Assembly: GCF_001194135.2 (NCBI RefSeq)
Contig: NC_068984.1
Location: forward strand, 36,762,675-36,800,785
DNA length: 38,111 bases
Direction of reading: 5' to 3'
Source of the DNA: Octopus bimaculoides
Taxonomy: Eukaryota
Shown: piece by piece, positions 1 through 11,638 of the stretch
How the letters are laid out: every line of letters begins with the position of its first letter
Position numbering within the stretch: the stretch's first letter is position 1
Program-made: the position numbers and the translations under genes
Notes under the pieces: model-generated
Seen by the model: only the letters and a program-made list of their open reading frames with translations
Told to the model about the DNA's origin: nothing
Databases searched by the model: none

Positions 1-172
1 ATTTATCCACAAGGTCTGTTTGGGTGGTAGAACTCCTGTTCGGATGGGTTTGAGTGAGTATCCTGCTTCTTTTGTGGCTGCAGTGGCTGCCGCATATATT
101 ATGTCATTTAGCTCAGTGATATTGTCTGTTGTTTCTGTGGTTGTTAGTTCCGTGACGGCCAGGTTTATGCTA
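1..172 (-). mobile_element. Dong/R4-clade non-LTR retrotransposon ORF fragment (N-terminal region), running off the window edge
   Basis: Minus strand translates SINLAVTELTTTETTDNITELNDIIYAAATAATKEAGYSLKPIRTGVLPPKQTLWIN, resembling the ELNxxIYAAAT...PPW motif upstream of the RT in R4/Dong ORFs. A (TTA)n tract lies on its 5' side. Recognised from memory of the family, no search run. Confidence 0.5.
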
Positions 173-217
173 TTTATTATTGATGTTGTTTTATTGTCTA
201 TTTTGATTTTTGGGAGA

Positions 218-220
<3 letters not shown>

Positions 221-276
<56 letters not shown>

Positions 277-290
277 ATTATTATTATTAT
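221..290. repeat. (TTA)n microsatellite
   Basis: Near-perfect TTA run with one interruption. Confidence 0.97.
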
Positions 291-709
291 GGTCGCCGTT
301 ATTGTTTTGTATTTAATAAACCACCACTTTCCATTATTGATTTCTTATATTCTAGATTATTGATGTTATTAAAATATTAACAAATAATATCTCTGAGAAA
401 CATTTGCACTTATGAAAAAATATTTAAATATTTGTGTGATTGTGTGTGTAGCTATATGTGGTATATATGTGTTTGTGTTTTTGTCTATATTACCATGTAT
501 GTTTGTAACTTATTTTAATTTGATAGAAAGATGAATCATCAATTACTTGTGCATGCAAACATTTTTTTAAAAATATAATTCATCCTGAACTCTTCAAATT
601 TTCATAAAACATAAGTAAGTAATGAATGAATATAAAAAAAAAGTTATGAAAGTTTTCCAACTTGTAAACAATCATTTGATTTGATAATGTAACAACATCA
701 ATAAATTAC

Positions 710-753
710 CTGTCATACAATGATTGCTTTTCATAGCGTGTTTTTTTTCTTTC
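710..753 (-). CDS. Candidate short internal exon (44 nt)
   Basis: Minus strand: tgtcattttcaatttgttag|GAAAG...TATGACAG|gtaatt. Frame 1 is open (ERKKTRYEKQSLYD). No homology recognised, and such signals arise by chance in AT-rich DNA. Confidence 0.2.
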
Positions 754-1642
754 CTAACAAATTGAAAATGACACATATTTAATAATTTTTATCTGCACTA
801 ATTAGTTATGGACAAGAGCTTCAATATATATTAATTTGTCCATCATTTCGAGTAGCTCTCCAAAACTATAAAGCAAAACTAAGGAGAAAAAACATGTCAT
901 ATATAGCAGTGAAAATATATATATTACACACCCAGTTATATTTTCAGTTTCAGTCATTTTAGTAGCAGTCTGTCAGATTTTGAGAAAGTATTAATCAAAT
1001 TACAATGATAATTAACTTAATTCCAGCGATATCGTACTTTTTCTTCTGAAATAATTTTATTTTGATATTTCGTTATATAAAGGTGTTATATTCTATTTAT
1101 AAATATGTGACTCTATTTCTAGACTTAGTAGTACTTGTCAAACTGAGAAATTATATTCAATAAGATCAACTTAAATTTAACTTGTAGATTGACTGAAATG
1201 TTTAATACACTGTCTAGAGATTGTTGTTTAATGTACAATATGTCACGTTTGTTTCAACTGCCTTTTGCTTTCAAGTGATGTAGATTCATAATTCCATTCT
1301 TAACGCATTGCATCTTATCACACAATATTACAATATTTGTGTTTTGCAATTGTATATGTTGATATTGCTGTCCTATTAGCTTTATTTTCTTCTCTAGTTG
1401 AAGTGTGACACTAACTGGCGCCTGAATGTGATAGCACTATGGTTTCAGTCGATGCAATAAACTAGATGTTTCAAAAAGAGTGGGAGTTTTCACAGTTATT
1501 ATATTGTTTGAAATGTTAAATACTCAAAGAACGCAAAAATGATGCTCAAATTTTGTAACTCTGTGTGGATTAAATTAAATCTCTTTCCTTCGATATTGAT
1601 ATAATCTACATTACATGAAATTACCTTAACCGTGGTAGGGGT

Positions 1643-1643
<1 letters not shown>

Positions 1644-1701
<58 letters not shown>
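1644..1701. repeat. (TAGA/GATA)n microsatellite
   Basis: Perfect tetranucleotide run directly abutting the left arm of the 1702-2052 palindrome. Confidence 0.97.
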
Positions 1702-1702
<1 letters not shown>

Positions 1703-1743
1703 AGAAATGGAGTTAAACTTAGGTATTATTCAAATCTTTATAC

Positions 1744-1830
1744 TTCCGATATATGTTTCAAAGAAAACAGTGGTATCATTCCAGAGGGAACAAAATGATG
1801 TAAAAGAATGTGATCTTCTCATCAGGGGAA
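1744..1830 (-). ncRNA. Degenerate mirror copy of the hammerhead-like motif
   Basis: Minus strand reads ttccc CTGATGA gaaga...tcttt GAAA C atat ATC ggaa. The 16.2 position is A rather than G, so stem III is weakened. Confidence 0.4.
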
Positions 1831-1933
1831 AAAAGAGAAACAGCATCAGTAAGCCATTTTAACCGAATGTGATGACTGCGCATATCAGTCATCACATTCG
1901 GTTAAGATGGCTTACTGATGTTGCTTCTCTTTT

Positions 1934-2020
1934 TTCCCCTGATGAGGAGATCGCATTGTTTTACATAATTTTATTCTCTCCGGAATTATACCAGTGTTTT
2001 CTTCGAAACATATGTCGGAA
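1934..2020 (+). ncRNA. Minimal type I hammerhead ribozyme-like motif (Penelope-associated type)
   Basis: CTGATGA at 1939-1945. Stem II GGAGA (1946-1950) pairs with TCTTC (2000-2004) around a 49-nt insert. GAAA at 2005-2008, then C-ATAT-GTC (palindromic loop III, GUC triplet 2014-2016). Stem I ttccc/ggaa pairs with one bulge. Confidence 0.55.
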
Positions 2021-2224
2021 CTATTAAGATTTGAATAACACCTCCATTTCTTCATTTAACTGTTATACAAAAATATTTAACTAAACCCTGGAATTTCTAC
2101 CCCTTATGTAGGCTGTTACATCATTGGTACTAATGTGAATATTTTGCTACCCTGGTAACTATCTATTTATTTTCCGTGTTATTTGTACACATTGAAAAAA
2201 TACGCATACATTTATATATATATA

Positions 2225-2870
2225 CAATGAAAATAAGCCAAAGAAAACTCTTTAACACAATTTTAATTATAAGTTACATATATTTCCGTACCATCTTCAT
2301 TTGCAACGCCAATTTACGTGAAAATTCTAAAAAAAAACAATTACCTAATATATGCGGTTTTACGCGATGGACAGGCACTTCCTCCGACTTGCACCAAGGA
2401 CATGCTATAACATTGTGCGTCTATCAGATCTTGTTACTATGAAAGTATCAGGAAGAAATAAAAAGGAAAATAATTAAAAGTGTGTGTGCGGGATGGGTCT
2501 GTCGCGAAGAAATTATGTGGTGGGGGTATCAAGAGGGCGGATACGTATAATGAAAGGAGGGAGAAAAGGAAAGAGGGGGACACATAATTTCTTCCTCACA
2601 GACCCATCTTGCATGCATATTTTTAATTATTTTTCACCTTATTTCCTCCCAATATTTTCGTAACAAGATCTGATACACGCACAATTTAATAGCATGTCTT
2701 TGATGCAAGTCTGAGAAAGTGCCTCTCCAGCGCCTAAAACCGCATATATTACGTAATTTTTTCTTTTAGAATTTTCGCATAAACTGGCGTTGCAAATGGA
2801 GATGGTACTGAAACAGGTGTAACTTATAACTAAAGATGTGTCAAAGAATTTTCTTTGTCTTCTTTCATTG
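2225..2870. repeat. Long inverted repeat / foldback (~290-bp arms, 61-bp purine-rich spacer)
   Basis: Arm 2225-2519 matches the reverse complement of 2581-2870, e.g. gtaccatcttcatttgcaacgcc / ggcgttgcaaatggagatggtac and tatcagatcttgttac / gtaacaagatctgata. Weaker similarity continues out to about 2110 and 3000. Confidence 0.92.
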
Positions 2871-3161
2871 GATTATTTACTCTTCGCCAAACCATATGAC
2901 GGTATAATCTTGAGAGTATAATCGGTATAATCGTGAAACATGAATTTTCTGCACCAGAGGTATTCCAGCTTGGATCCCGATGATGTTGATAGCCCAGTAT
3001 TCGGGTTGAGTGCTTTTCTGGAAATACCCCAACGTCACACCCAAATGACTTTAGCCATTTGCTATATATTTGTTTCATCAAACCGGGTTGCAGCTGTTCT
3101 TGCTTGAAGATATTGGCAGTATGAAACACGAGTCGATACCAATAAAGTATACGCATATATA

Positions 3162-3269
<108 letters not shown>

Positions 3270-4030
3270 TTTGTGTATGATCGTTCAATTTAATTATGAC
3301 AGTTTGTGCACCACATCAGAAATTTATGTTTATAGTAAGAACACATGTTCCAGGGGTATGTATTGGAATATAATAGAGAACGTGCTGCCTTATAGGGTTA
3401 AGTTGATAACAAATAATTATGTATATATATGTGTGTATGTGTGTGTGTGTGTGTGCGTGTGTAAATAGGTAAATAGGTATATATAAATACATGTGCTTGT
3501 ATGCGTGTATACTGGTATAAGTAAATATATATGTGCGCTTGTGTGAGGGCATGTTTGTTTGCTTATATATTTCTGTGTTTGCGTATAGGTAATTTGTCTC
3601 CATTTTGTTAATTGCATTTCTTCAGCCATTCCTCATCGCACGTTTCACAATGGAATCAGTCTGGCAAACAGAAACGCAATAATTACGTTTACTGCTTGGT
3701 AATCAAGTTTTGTTTCTCTTTCTTGGCTCTTGTCTGTAATATAGGTTACTGTAGATATCTTCTAGTGATGTCACATTTGTTTCTGTTTCTTTGTTTCCTT
3801 TAAATAAGATATACACTGTCTATCCTTGTACAAAAGATTGTTTCTTATGAATGTTCTTTTGAAGTCAATTGCTAACCTAATTGTGGTATATTTTGCGTTT
3901 TTTCCACGTGTACTTCTCTTATACGTCGATGAAGCTTTCAGAATGGCGTTAAATGATTACCTATCTACTGGACGACTCCATATTTTCATACTATTTGAGT
4001 CTTTCATTTCAGTTTGAATGCATCGGTTAC

Positions 4031-4061
4031 CTTCTTAGATATAACACTTAGGCTGTGAGTG
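4031..4061 (-). CDS. Candidate micro-exon (31 nt)
   Basis: Minus strand: gtttttctatttcag|CACTCACAGCCTAAGTGTTATATCTAAGAAG|gtaacc. Only one frame is open (THSLSVISKK). Confidence 0.2.
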
Positions 4062-6330
4062 CTGAAATAGAAAAACCTTTATACCATCAGTGAAAGTAGC
4101 TTGCGATGTTTCGTAAAACGTTCTCCGTTTAAACCCACAGACATCAGCTTTACTTTCGATCTTTCTAGAATTGATACATGTAATGCTCTGTATAGGCATT
4201 GCTTTCGAAATTATCGAAAATTCATTCTCTTCAGATTTCTGGTGTTTTGCCTATTCCAGATAAAAATGTAAATAGAACTGTCAAGTTACACAGCGGCATC
4301 GCAAGACGAAGCAAAAGACCGGACACTCATTCCTGAATAATGCTGTGAAAGAGCAGGACATAGTCACTGGCCTCGCCTGCCCGTTAATTAAGATGAAGGC
4401 GCCAAAGTGTTTTTGCTCCCCTGGCGTTGTGAACAATTGCTGCGACACTGAAATTACATTTCTACCGTGGATGTCTATTATTTATTCCAGCACAATTTTA
4501 TAGCAGCTAGATATGACACTGTAAATAAGCTTACAGATATTTTATGTTGTATTCCGGCGATAATGTGATAGGGGGAGATTAAGAGAGCTGAAGGTTGTCG
4601 AAGTAAATTTGGTCTATAATACTTTAAAACAAGAATCCCCCATAGATGTGTGAAATATTTTTATATCACACTGTGCATGTAATTAAATGCAAATTGACAA
4701 ATATATCAATGAATCAAATGTACTGATTTCTCGTTAAGGTGTTTATAAATATAAATGCAGCATGCATTAAGATTGTCGTTGATTTATTTTGTTCCTGTGC
4801 TATTAATACATTTACTCCTTAGGAAGAATAACAATACTGATAAACGCTTAATTTATGCTTCACTCTATTTCCTAAACATTTAAAGACATTATTTGTTTCT
4901 GGAGTTATCTCGATGGCATTTGTCTGAACCTGTTGAATGGATATGTATAATACATAACTGAAACTGCCCGTTGTATAATATTAATCAATAACAGTTATTA
5001 CCCTAACAATTATTTTAAATTTGTTTTTACATATCTTATTCAATGATTCTTTTGAAGATAATCCTATTAACTCCAGTCAACCATCAACTGATTTAATGTG
5101 AATTGTGTTATTGATGCAATTTTATTGATAATTACATTTGAGCTTTTATTGTGATTACTTATATCAGTGTAAAAGTACTAAGTCCCATGCGAGTGGACCG
5201 AATTTTCCGACTTAGATTCTATTTTTACTAAAGGCAATTTTTCTTCATATACGTGAATACAAAACCAAACTAATGCATTAAAGAAAAATAGCACCAGACT
5301 TCAGTGTCTTCAATCAAGATACGATGTCCTTTATTCATATAGAAATATTTATAATTGTAACAATGTATTTTGTCTTAACAGTCATCGTTTTCTTCTGGCT
5401 GATCTGTTTTTCCGAATGCCTCATTACTATTGCCTGTTTAATTCGAAGCATTGATTGCGAGCATTGATTCGAAGGTTTTAGGTTTTCGCCATGGTTTCTT
5501 TTGATTTTATTTTCTATTGAAAACAACATATGTACTATTTTTGAAATGCCTAGTACTGTAAAAGTAGGTGGTTTTGATATGTAGTTGATTGTACATATGT
5601 TTATTATTCTAGAGGCCTGTTTGTTTTCAATACCCACACTCTTGTTTCCACCATTTCCGAATATTACAATTACACAATTTCTTTCAGAGTTAAATTATCA
5701 TCTGCTGTGGTTTATATTCACTTCATACTCAGCATTATCTCATACCCAGCAGTAGTGTTTTCAGCAGCCTCTGCAGAATATTCAGCTCGTATATACCTTT
5801 TACTATGAGGCCATACTTCAGAATATACACTTAGTTTTATCCGGTCGCAAGAACTTTGCACTTGCCACAATTGTCACATCTTTAGCTTTCCCTTCATCAG
5901 CGAATCTAACAGATATGCATGTATATTAGTGATTTCGATTGGTTGTTTATTTGATTACGTTTTGATTTTGACTTTTTATTTTGATCCAATTTTGATTATT
6001 TCGTTTTCAGTTGTCCATGGAGAAGTTTCAGTTCACAGAATACTTTAATTTTCTTAGTTTCTGTCTTTCTATTCTTTCTAAAACATTCCATTTAATATCT
6101 TTCTTCCTGGGAGATCTAGGCATGCTTAATTATAATTAATTGTCATTAAACTGACATTCGTTCCAATACTTTATGATCTCATTGCGCTGAAGTCGGCTTT
6201 ACTTTTCATCCTCCCGGGAACGTTAAATCGAAGTATCAGTGAAGAGTGTTTTGGGTGTTATAATCAAACCGCAATATTCCAAGTTTGTGGAATTGTATCT
6301 ATATTTGACATCATTATTAATGGTTATTAT

Positions 6331-6544
6331 TACTCTTTTACTCTTTTTCTCTTTTACTTGTTTCAGTCATTTGACTGTGGCCTTGAATCGAGCAAATCGA
6401 CCCCAGGACTTATTCTTTGGAAGCCTAGTACTTATTCTATCGGTCCCTTTTGCCGAACCGCTAGGTTACGAGGACGTAAACACACCAGCATCGGTTGTCG
6501 AGCGATGTTGGGGGACAAACACACATACACAAGCATATACATAA

Positions 6545-6583
<39 letters not shown>

Positions 6584-6749
6584 TATACGACGGGTTTCTT
6601 TCAGTTTCCGTCTACCAAATCCACTCGCAAGGCTTTGGTCGGCCCGAGGCTATAGTAGAAGACACCTTCCCAAGGTGCCACACAGTGGGACTGAACCCGG
6701 AATGATGTGGTTGGTAAGCAAGCTACTTACCACACAGCCACTCCTACGC
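6331..6749 (-). mobile_element. tRNA-derived SINE, family A (octopus-type), with internal (TA/CA)n tract
   Basis: Minus-strand head GCGTAGGAGTGGCTGTGTGG. Pol III A-box-like TGGCTGTGTGG at 6730-6740 and B-box-like GGTTCAGTCCC at 6687-6697. The 3' region and (AGAGTAAA)-like tail match the copy at 16826-17160. Confidence 0.85.
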
Positions 6750-7504
6750 ATATTTTTGTGATTTCTCAATTGAATTTTTACTCTTGCATCTTGAGGATTC
6801 TAGTGCTGAATATATATTTTCTGGTATATATTATAAATTCATTGATCAGCTCTTCCATTTGACCGTCAACATGTTCATTTGTGCACAATCTAATTTGAAG
6901 TCAATACGCTTTAATATTGTTTATTTTTGAGTTATCCTACAAAAGACCATACTCAGAGATTCAATGATTTTTCACCTATCTTTGTATCGACATATTTGCG
7001 ATGTATCTGTAGTGATAGTCTTGCATCATTGATTATTTCGTTAGCCCAGATAATGTTTTGTAAGCATATATCCAATCTCACTTTAATAATGTAAAATGAA
7101 AGGCAGTAATAGATTTTTCACGTGTTCTATGAGAAAGTATATTCTTAAATTTCGTTGCTGCGATCTGAAGTAAACGATTGTCGCTAAGTTTCAAGAGTGA
7201 CCAAGCTACTCGTGTGATTTCAGTCAGGTACATTGAAGTTCCTGTGGTCTATCCACAGATAATGTATTCACAACAGAACTAAGTAGATATTTATTAAATA
7301 TACTGTATAAGATTCTGTATACGCATTTATTAATTATTCCTCCGTGTTGGGATGTTTATTATTAAATCCTGGACCTCAATCTTGTACCATATAGGAAATT
7401 TCTTTACGTCAGCAGTATTTGCTTACCTTTTTTTCATAAAAAATATATATATATTCATCAGCAATTTGAGTGAGATGACTCAACAGAAAATTATTTTCTA
7501 TTTT

Positions 7505-7990
7505 CGTCCGCCATTATGGTTGTATATTTAATCCGCTTATCTCTGTAACATACTTCAATTTTATATACGTCAGTCTTTGCCTTCTGCAGGGAATTTTCCA
7601 GTAACCAGCACTTTTTGAAACACTCTTCTTACCTTATGATATGCCTAAAATATCCGAGGGCTTGTTAGACGTTTTGTTTTTATTTCCTTACAATGCTTTG
7701 GATGAAATCCAAATCTGATTTTTGTTTCCGTCCATGTCATTTTCAACATTCATCTGTAACAACAAATTAACAAATTTTGACTCTTATTTGTGTAAACTTT
7801 AAGACTCTACTATTCCGACCCATCCATAGTCCTTTGAAGCATATGAGTGCTCACTAATTTCAAATTAGTGGTTTACCCTTTTGGAATTTCCAAAGATAAC
7901 AGCAAGTTTCGTTATAGCAATTTGTATTTTTACGTTTATCCATTTCTTGACAATCAGTCAAAATACTTCTAAAATACTCGCAACAAGGAC
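7505..7990 (-). mobile_element. Decayed RTE-clade LINE, RT C-terminal/thumb region
   Basis: Across frameshifts: EYFRSILT, KIQIAITKLA, MLKMTWTE, FRHIIR, KVLVTGK. The order matches the RTE pattern F(K/E)YLGS..., RIAIAK, RRMLKISWT, FGHIIR, xILxGK. Confidence 0.6.
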
Positions 7991-9489
7991 GGTCTTCACA
8001 GCATCATTAAGATTGCAGGCTATTACTCCACCAATATTAATTACATTTTCTAACCAGACTAACACTTTACTTGTTAAACCTTCTGCAACCTTGTTAGACG
8101 GAGAAGGAGAAATGGATATCTACTTTCCACCTTGCTTAATTTCAAATTAATCACAAAAGAATTCATATAGTTAAATAATGTAATCTGTAATCATTCCTAT
8201 AACATCTTATTTCTGATATAAGTAAACGTAATTTGTCATGAATCACAAAAGAGGTCTGTTTTTTCTTTTTAAATTCTTTTCCGTAAGTGCTAAAAATACT
8301 TATGTTTTCAAGTGTCTTTAGATATCCAACATTAGGCTAGGAATATTATCTCTTCCTTTTTTTACCCAGATTTAAATTTTACATTCACTTACTTGTAAAT
8401 AGATACATCCAAAATTTGGTGTGTGGGATTGTTTGTTTTTTTTTTTGTTTTTTTTTCTGATCCAGCTTAGTGAATTACTGCATTATATGAAAAAAAAAGG
8501 TTTGTTTTACGATGTTGCTCAAATGGAAATGTAGCTAATGATGATTCACAACATAAATGATAAAAGAAAAACCTTACACAAAGTTGCTTTTATATGCTTG
8601 AACAAATTGCATTTGGTCAATTCCGTAAATATATATTTATACATACATATCAGTTAAGTAACGGTCATTTGAATAATTACTCACCATTATAGCTCAATTC
8701 ATTCATTTCTTTTGACAGTACGAACTAAACTGCTTTAGGCTTGTGCGAAGAAGGAGTCACACATCTCGGAGTCTCCCGTGTAATAAGGCCACTATCTTTA
8801 TAAATCTTATATATAAAACTATGTATACACACACACCACACACACAAACATACACACACATACACACCCACCCACCCACACACNNNNNNNNNNTGCATAC
8901 ATAGATATATACCTGCTTGTATCTATAGAGATGGATATTAATCCTCGGTTTAATGTAAATTTATTCATAAAAATAGTCCAGCCTTAAATAATTTACCATA
9001 TTTGTTTAATTTTAAAATGAGAAATTGACTCCAAGTTTCCGGCTTATTTTTCATCGTCAGACTGTGACCTAGGAGGTACACCCATTTTCCCCCACAACTA
9101 ATTCTCCATTCATCTGCAAACTAAACTATATATTGGGTTTGCAAAGCTAAAATCAAATCCTGTCGACGGAAAGAAAGCTGGAATTTCGATGTCGCAGTCA
9201 GCCATTTTCTTGTAGATATATGTGTATGAATTGATAATAGAGACATAGATATAAATTCAAAGAACGACAGATAGATCTGCGAAGGTGAAATCTTGATTAA
9301 TACACATTTAACTGAATCTACATTTTATATTATGTTTGACATTACTCAATGTTCAAACATTCCTGGCTAAAAATGAGAGGAAGCAAGCAGTAATAATTAA
9401 ATATTTATTCATAAACATCGCGAATATTTTAGCAGATGGGATTAGGGCCTCATTCATCAAAACTGTCAGTACAAAAGAGATATAGTGTT

Positions 9490-9790
9490 GTGTTCGTGTG
9501 TGTGTGTGCGCGTGCGAGTGCGCGCGCATTTAGTATATACACACGCACAAATGTATATATATATGCATGCATATATATGTGTATATGTATTTGTGAACGT
9601 GTGCCCACGTTACGTATACACACACAGGTACACATGTACGCATATATGTATGCATATATATGTGTATATGTATTTGTGAATGTGTATCAGCGCTTCGTAT
9701 ACGCACATGCACACACATCCATGTATTTATATATATATGTGTGTGAGTGTGTATGTGCGTGAGTGTGGGTGTGGGTGTGTGTGTGTATAC
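9490..9790. repeat. Compound (TG/TA/CA) low-complexity tract with an internal ~30-bp duplication
   Basis: gcatatatatgtgtatatgtatttgtgaa occurs at about 9570 and 9652 within mixed dinucleotide repeats. Confidence 0.85.
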
Positions 9791-9955
9791 ACCTGCATTC
9801 ATACTTACATATTGAATTGATTATTTTAACGTTTCTATCATATATGAAACAGGGATGATAAATGAATGAATGCATTTTCTTTAATAGAAAAAAGAATTCT
9901 CTCTGTATATACTTCTATTCTTTCATTTAAATATTCTTATATTGAATATACTCAC

Positions 9956-9995
9956 CTCCTGCATGAAATGGTATAACACTAATGCTATCTTCGTG
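9956..9995 (-). CDS. Candidate short exon (40 nt)
   Basis: Minus strand: actgtactttctaccag|CACGAAG...CATGCAGGAG|gtgagt, with a strong acceptor and donor. Two frames are open (TKIALVLYHFMQE or HEDSISVIPFHAG). Confidence 0.25.
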
Positions 9996-11109
9996 CTGGT
10001 AGAAAGTACAGTTTAAGTCACACAGAGTATTGGGAATGAAGAGAAGCAGTAATATAAAATTTTAATTTTGCTCCGTTAAAAAATGTTTCAATATGAAATT
10101 ATTGTATTACACGTTTAGCAGCCAATCTGAAAACAGGAATGTTAGTTTGAATCATGCATAGGGTTCATACCTACGAAAACTCATTCACAATTTATAGGTC
10201 AACCAAATTTATAGAAAGTAATATTTGCCTAGATAACACAAGCTGGTATCGTAACCGGAACATCCTGATCGGGAAAAGAACTTTTTAACTATTCGGCTAT
10301 ATGTTTACAAGGTGGACCAAAAACAAATTTGACATTTTATATAANNNNNNNNNNNNNNNNNNNNNNNNNNNNNNNNNNNNNNNNNNNNNNNNNNNNNNNN
10401 NNNNNNNNNNNNNNNNNNNNNNNNNNNNNNNNNNNNNNNNNNNNNNNNNNNNNNNNNNNNNNNNNNNNNNNNNNNNNNNNNNNNNNNNNNNNNNNNNNNN
10501 NNNNNNNNNNNNNNNNNNNNNNNNNNNNNNNNNNNNNNNNNNNNNNNNNNNNNNNNNNNNNNNNNNNNNNNNNNNNNNNNNNNNNNNNNNNNNNNNNNNN
10601 NNNNNNNNNNNNNNNNNNNNNNNNNNNNNNNNNNNNNNNNNNNNNNNNNNNNNNNNNNNNNNNNNNNNNNNNNNNNNNNNNNNNNNNNNNNNNNNNNNNN
10701 NNNNNNNNNNNNNNNNNNNNNNNNNNNNNNNNNNNNNNNNNNNNNNNNNNNNNNNNNNNNNNNNNNNNNNNNNNNNNNNNNNNNNNNNNNNNNNNNNNNN
10801 NNNNNNNNNNNNNNNNNNNNNNNNNNNNNNNNNNNNNNNNNNNNNNNNNNNNNNNNNNNNNNNNNNNNNNNNNNNNNNNNNNNNNNNNNNNNNNNNNNNN
10901 NNNNNNNNNNNNNNNNNNNNNNNNNNNNNNNNNNNNNNNNNNNNNNNNNNNNNNNNNNNNNNNNNNNNNNNNNNNNNNNNNNNNNNNNNNNNNNNNNNNN
11001 NNNNNNNNNNNNNNNNNNNNNNNNNNNNNNNNNNNNNTATATATATATATATATATGCATATATACATATATGTACACACTTACTTATATATGTATATAC
11101 ATAAGCATA

Positions 11110-11370
11110 TATGCGTGCAGGACGTCATAAAGCGTAAACAACATGAAATGTGAAATACGAATGGATGGAATACGAACTTTTTATTGCAAAGAACGAAAGA
11201 ATCAAATGGAAAACAAGACAAGTAGCATAAGGAACGACGCGTCATGCGTCGGCTGTTTTATCTACTCCACATTTCAAGCAATTATGACAAGATGTGTTTT
11301 CGAGAAACAGTTGCTCCTGCAAAGCAAAATAAAACTTGTGATTTGCGGACGGTCAAAGTTGTTAACAAAA
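11110..11370 (-). mobile_element. Interspersed repeat, probably the 3' end of a Penelope-like element
   Basis: Shares ggagtagataaaacag...ttatg(c/t)tactt...aaaaagttcgt with 27005-27120 in opposite orientation. Minus-strand translation gives a weak LQEQLFL...FLM echo of the GIY-YIG C-terminus. Confidence 0.4.
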
Positions 11371-11638
11371 ATAGGACAGTGAAAACAAACAGTAAGGGCT
11401 GCTAAGATATAACGAGGTACGGTCGCGAACGCTGGAGGGACAAGTATCGACAAAGGTAGGAGAGGAGATAGACAAGAATGTGTGTGGTTTGTGTGGCAGA
11501 TCAAAAGGAAAGAAAGATGGCCGATGGTGAAGGGGAGAGGAGCGGAATTATAGAAAAGATGAGAGAGGAAAAACGAAACAGGGAGAAGGGGAGAAGGGGA
11601 GATAAAGGGAATTAGAGAAAGGAAGAGAGTTCCTTTCT

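Larger units (their letters stand above)
1702..2052. repeat. Long inverted repeat (~170-bp arms, 7-nt loop), probably inverted Penelope-type pseudo-LTR copies
   Basis: Arm 1702-1878 is the reverse complement of 1886-2052, e.g. catcagtaagccattttaaccgaatgtgatgactg / cagtcatcacattcggttaagatggcttactgatg. Loop is cgcatat (1879-1885). The left arm has a ~10-nt insertion near its outer end. Confidence 0.92.

Noticed and set aside
2870-3130. Possible Merlin/IS1595-like transposase echo on the minus strand (GISRKAL...LEYLWCRKF)
   Set aside because: Only a loose match to the ...EFMWRR motif, no DDE residues identifiable, and part of it belongs to the outer foldback arm.
5780-5915. Minus-strand exon-like segment (FADEGKAKDVTIV)
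   Set aside because: Needs a non-canonical GC donor or hits a stop; no homology recognised.
7085-7240. Minus-strand peptide EITRVAWSLLKLSDNRLLQIAATKF resembling an R2/NeSL post-RT region
   Set aside because: No flanking RT motifs found in any frame; could be chance.
8393-8477. Minus-strand AG...GTAAGT segment
   Set aside because: The interior is poly-A/T low complexity, typical of intron sequence.
9020-9070. Minus-strand CTGACGA...GAAAC.ttgga.GTC with all hammerhead core bases
   Set aside because: Stems I and II do not pair, so it cannot be distinguished from chance.
10305-10330. tacaaggtggaccaaaa resembling a Tc1/mariner TA|CAG terminus
   Set aside because: It runs into a gap and no partner TIR is visible.
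10301-11153. Long ORFs in the track spanning N-runs (also at 21.8-22.3, 22.7-23.5, 26.4-26.8, 27.0-28.6, 30.35-30.8, 33.8-34.2 and 35.1-36.0 kb)
   Set aside because: They are open only because N codons are not stops; the flanks are microsatellites.
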